Position numbers and translations under genes: made by a program. Of a stretch of DNA of 64,000 nucleotides, positions 61,550 through 64,000 are shown in pieces. Positions within the stretch are counted from its first letter, which is position 1; each line of letters begins with the position of its first letter. The notes under the pieces were generated by a model. The model made no database searches and was not told where the DNA came from. It saw only the letters and a list, made by a program, of their open reading frames with translations. Source of the DNA: Dicyema japonicum (Eukaryota; Animalia; Dicyemida); NCBI GenBank assembly GCA_011109175.1, contig RDEW01000038.1, positions 131,616 to 195,615 of the forward strand. The letters run 5' to 3'.

Positions 61550-61900
61550 AAAGTCGCTATTTGGAAAGTGGTTGTAGATCACGTTCCAGACTCAATTTGC
61601 ATTCTGTCACTTAATCGTCTCAAGTAATCCGGAAATCTAGCTGTAGGTTTCACTACCTCTATCACTTATATCATAAACCTACTACTTGTGGCTGTTCATA
61701 GAACTCTGTTCTCTGCCAGTCTGATCGCCTTAAATAAGAATGGAGGTGAAGTCCTTCCACTTGCCGTTTGGTTCGTATACAGAAAGCTTATTGATCAAAA
61801 TCGAATGCAAGAGTTCTGCACCTCTGGTTTCAAATTTACTAAGCTATTCTTAATTTGGGGTTAGATTAAGACTTAGCTGCGAAGCTGCAACCCATTCCGT
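61550..61900 (+). mobile_element. CRE-clade RT fragment
   Basis: LIALNKNGGEVLPLAV...YRKL, CEAATHS. Confidence 0.6.
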
Positions 61901-63199
61901 ACTCAACTTCAAATACTTAAGCTTCAAATTCTCTCCACCCTTGGTCGTCAGATTTAATATTTGTAAGACAATCGATAGTCGTCCGGAAGATGGAATCTAT
62001 AGTGTTGAGCCCCTAGTTTAATTTTTCGTTGACAAGGTTCTTTTCTCAGAAGGGAAATTGAGGTATATGCTTCTAGAATCTAGAAGCTTTTGAATGTTGT
62101 TTTTAGTTGTTTTTTTGTTTTGAGTGTGTCACTGCTTCCAGCTTTTGTAAGGGGATATCTAAGTTTACTTGACGTTCCCTGGTTTCTGTGGCTTTTGGAA
62201 TGATCCCTCTGAACATCGCAAAGATCGAGTTCCATTCAGACTTTGGTGACTTCACAATTCTAGGTGTTCAGAATTAGGCATAGAGATTCCATTTGAACTG
62301 TCAGACTTTTCAAACAATCCAGCACATCCTTCGGATGACCGCCCATGGTGCAATCATCCGAATACCATACTTTCAGAGGATTAGAACAGTATCCCGTGAT
62401 ACGGGCAATTCCCAGGCTGAACAAGGAAGGCCCAGTGGGTCTTCATGTTAGACTCCAAAGGATGTTGTAATGAAGTATTGACCGTGGATCAAGCTGGAAG
62501 GTTTTCTATATGAGGTATGAAAATAGTTATACATTGATGCGTAAATGTAAAACAATCCTCCAAAATTTTATCACGCTGTATCGCGTTGAAAGCGTTTTTG
62601 ATATCAGCCATAAGGTTTTCGGCCTATTCCACTTAGTAATCTTTGTGTGTCCGAGATAGTTGATGTTTGTTTCTCATTGTTTTGGAATCTGTATGTGTGC
62701 TTTTCGGAGTCAACCAATAAGTTCCCAGAGGAGATATTTTCTTTTACTATTGACGTAAATGATTTCTCTTCTTTCCCCCTCTAATGGGGTATGCATAGTG
62801 TGAATGGAGCGACACAAAATAATCGCGCCCAATACTCAGAGACTGTCCATTCAATACACTCACATAGGCAATCCGTGACAGATACAAGGGCAGCTTTGGA
62901 GATCCTGATCAGGAGTCTTTGTGTGGGTTTCAAATCAATTCAAGTACCTCCTGATAATGTCAATCGGAAAAACAGCCAGGGCTCTTTGAGTAATTCCAAC
63001 ACAGAACATTTGGAAACCACACGAACAGGCCGTGAAGTGGATCATCCTTTTTCTTTTGTTTATTATGTCGCATTTTTTGCAGATCTCATCTTTTTTTCCG
63101 GTTTGCTGTATCTTATTTCTGATTTTTATTTATTTTCTTTTCAACTCCCCAACAAGTATCAGGCAGTCAATTAATAATTGAATTAAAAATTCAACTCGA

Positions 63200-63720
63200 T
63201 AACCGATATTATAAACTATAATGGAATCTATATTAATGCATCTATTGCTTACATTACCTACCTGTTCTATCCTCATATAACCTTTCTTGTGATCATTCCA
63301 TAATTTCTTCAGACTTGATAATAATTAGTTAGCAGTCGTAACTGCAAAAAGGATACGTAATTTCTTGAAAGAATCTATATGGGAAGCCCCGATTAAAGTA
63401 TAATTCCAATGCTTATAATCTTCTAATAATCACTATTTACACAAGCCTCGTTGTAAATCCTGTAAAACTCTCGATAAACTGTTTGCAGCTCATGGAATGA
63501 TATAGGGCCTTTGATTTGATGGAGTTATGATCTAAAACAACAACACTCATAATTGTTGGGATGCATACTCTCCAGAATGTATCACTGGTAACCTATTGAA
63601 CTTCCTTGTACTTTGCTTCCATATTTTTTATTAAAGATCTCAAAGTATAGAACTTTGGTACTTTTGTGTACAATAAGAAAAATCATCCTTTTTACATAAT
63701 TTAGAAAAATCTGTTAGCTT
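63200..63720 (-). pseudogene. Divergent fragment of the unknown gene family
   Basis: DTFWRVCIPTIMSVVVL...SMSCKQFIESFT versus DAFLSVPTLYSYIL...IFTCKHYSKDFT; later YPFCSYDC versus LPCPCSQ. Confidence 0.45.
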
Positions 63721-64000
63721 TCATTTTGTAAATTTTTTATCTCAGGAATATTTTATTCGAAACGGGCAGATTTATTCCCTTTTTGATAGCAAAAAAATTG
63801 AGGAAGATAACATAAGAGGACCATCGGATTTTTTGGAATTCAGATACGAGGAGGAAGTAGACCGTGATGGAGCGATCCAACCCCATAATTGACTAAAAAG
63901 GAAATGTCGCCTTTATAAAATATTTAGTTAATGTTGAGTTTGTCTTACCTATTTTGACGAAAGCGAAGCTTCTCTACCGCTGGGAATTCGCGTCTAGTTG

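Noticed and set aside
1-64000. Alternative genetic code (TAA/TAG reassignment) as the explanation for the many stops
   Set aside because: Conserved genes have no in-frame stops after splicing and end in TGA, TAA and TAG; stops are confined to decayed repeats.

Overview
AT-rich eukaryotic, very probably metazoan, genomic DNA with very short spliceosomal introns (mostly about 19-34 nt). This fits a reduced parasite such as a dicyemid or myxozoan, but the taxon is an inference. Four conserved host genes can be read: an ethanolamine/choline kinase (5274-6525 +), RBM26/27 (23285-25432 -), a band 4.1-type FERM protein (about 45945-48062 -) and an SH3+RhoGAP ARHGAP32/33-like gene cut by a 370-N gap (56614-57718 -). 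There is also one low-complexity hypothetical gene. Most of the rest is decayed transposon debris: about 11 CRE-clade fragments, an R4/Dong element, RTE and Jockey/I-like LINEs, Tc1, pogo/Tigger, Buster-type hAT and an integrase remnant. The most interesting unexplained signal is an intronless, apparently lineage-specific gene family, probably encoding surface proteins. It occurs as four recent copies plus several divergent pseudogene fragments, and the four recent copies are reciprocal mosaics of each other, indicating recombination or gene conversion. A covarying 3' stem-loop shared by RTE LINEs and a non-coding SINE-like repeat is also visible. Coordinates of decayed elements are approximate, and all family calls come from motif recognition by eye, not database searches.
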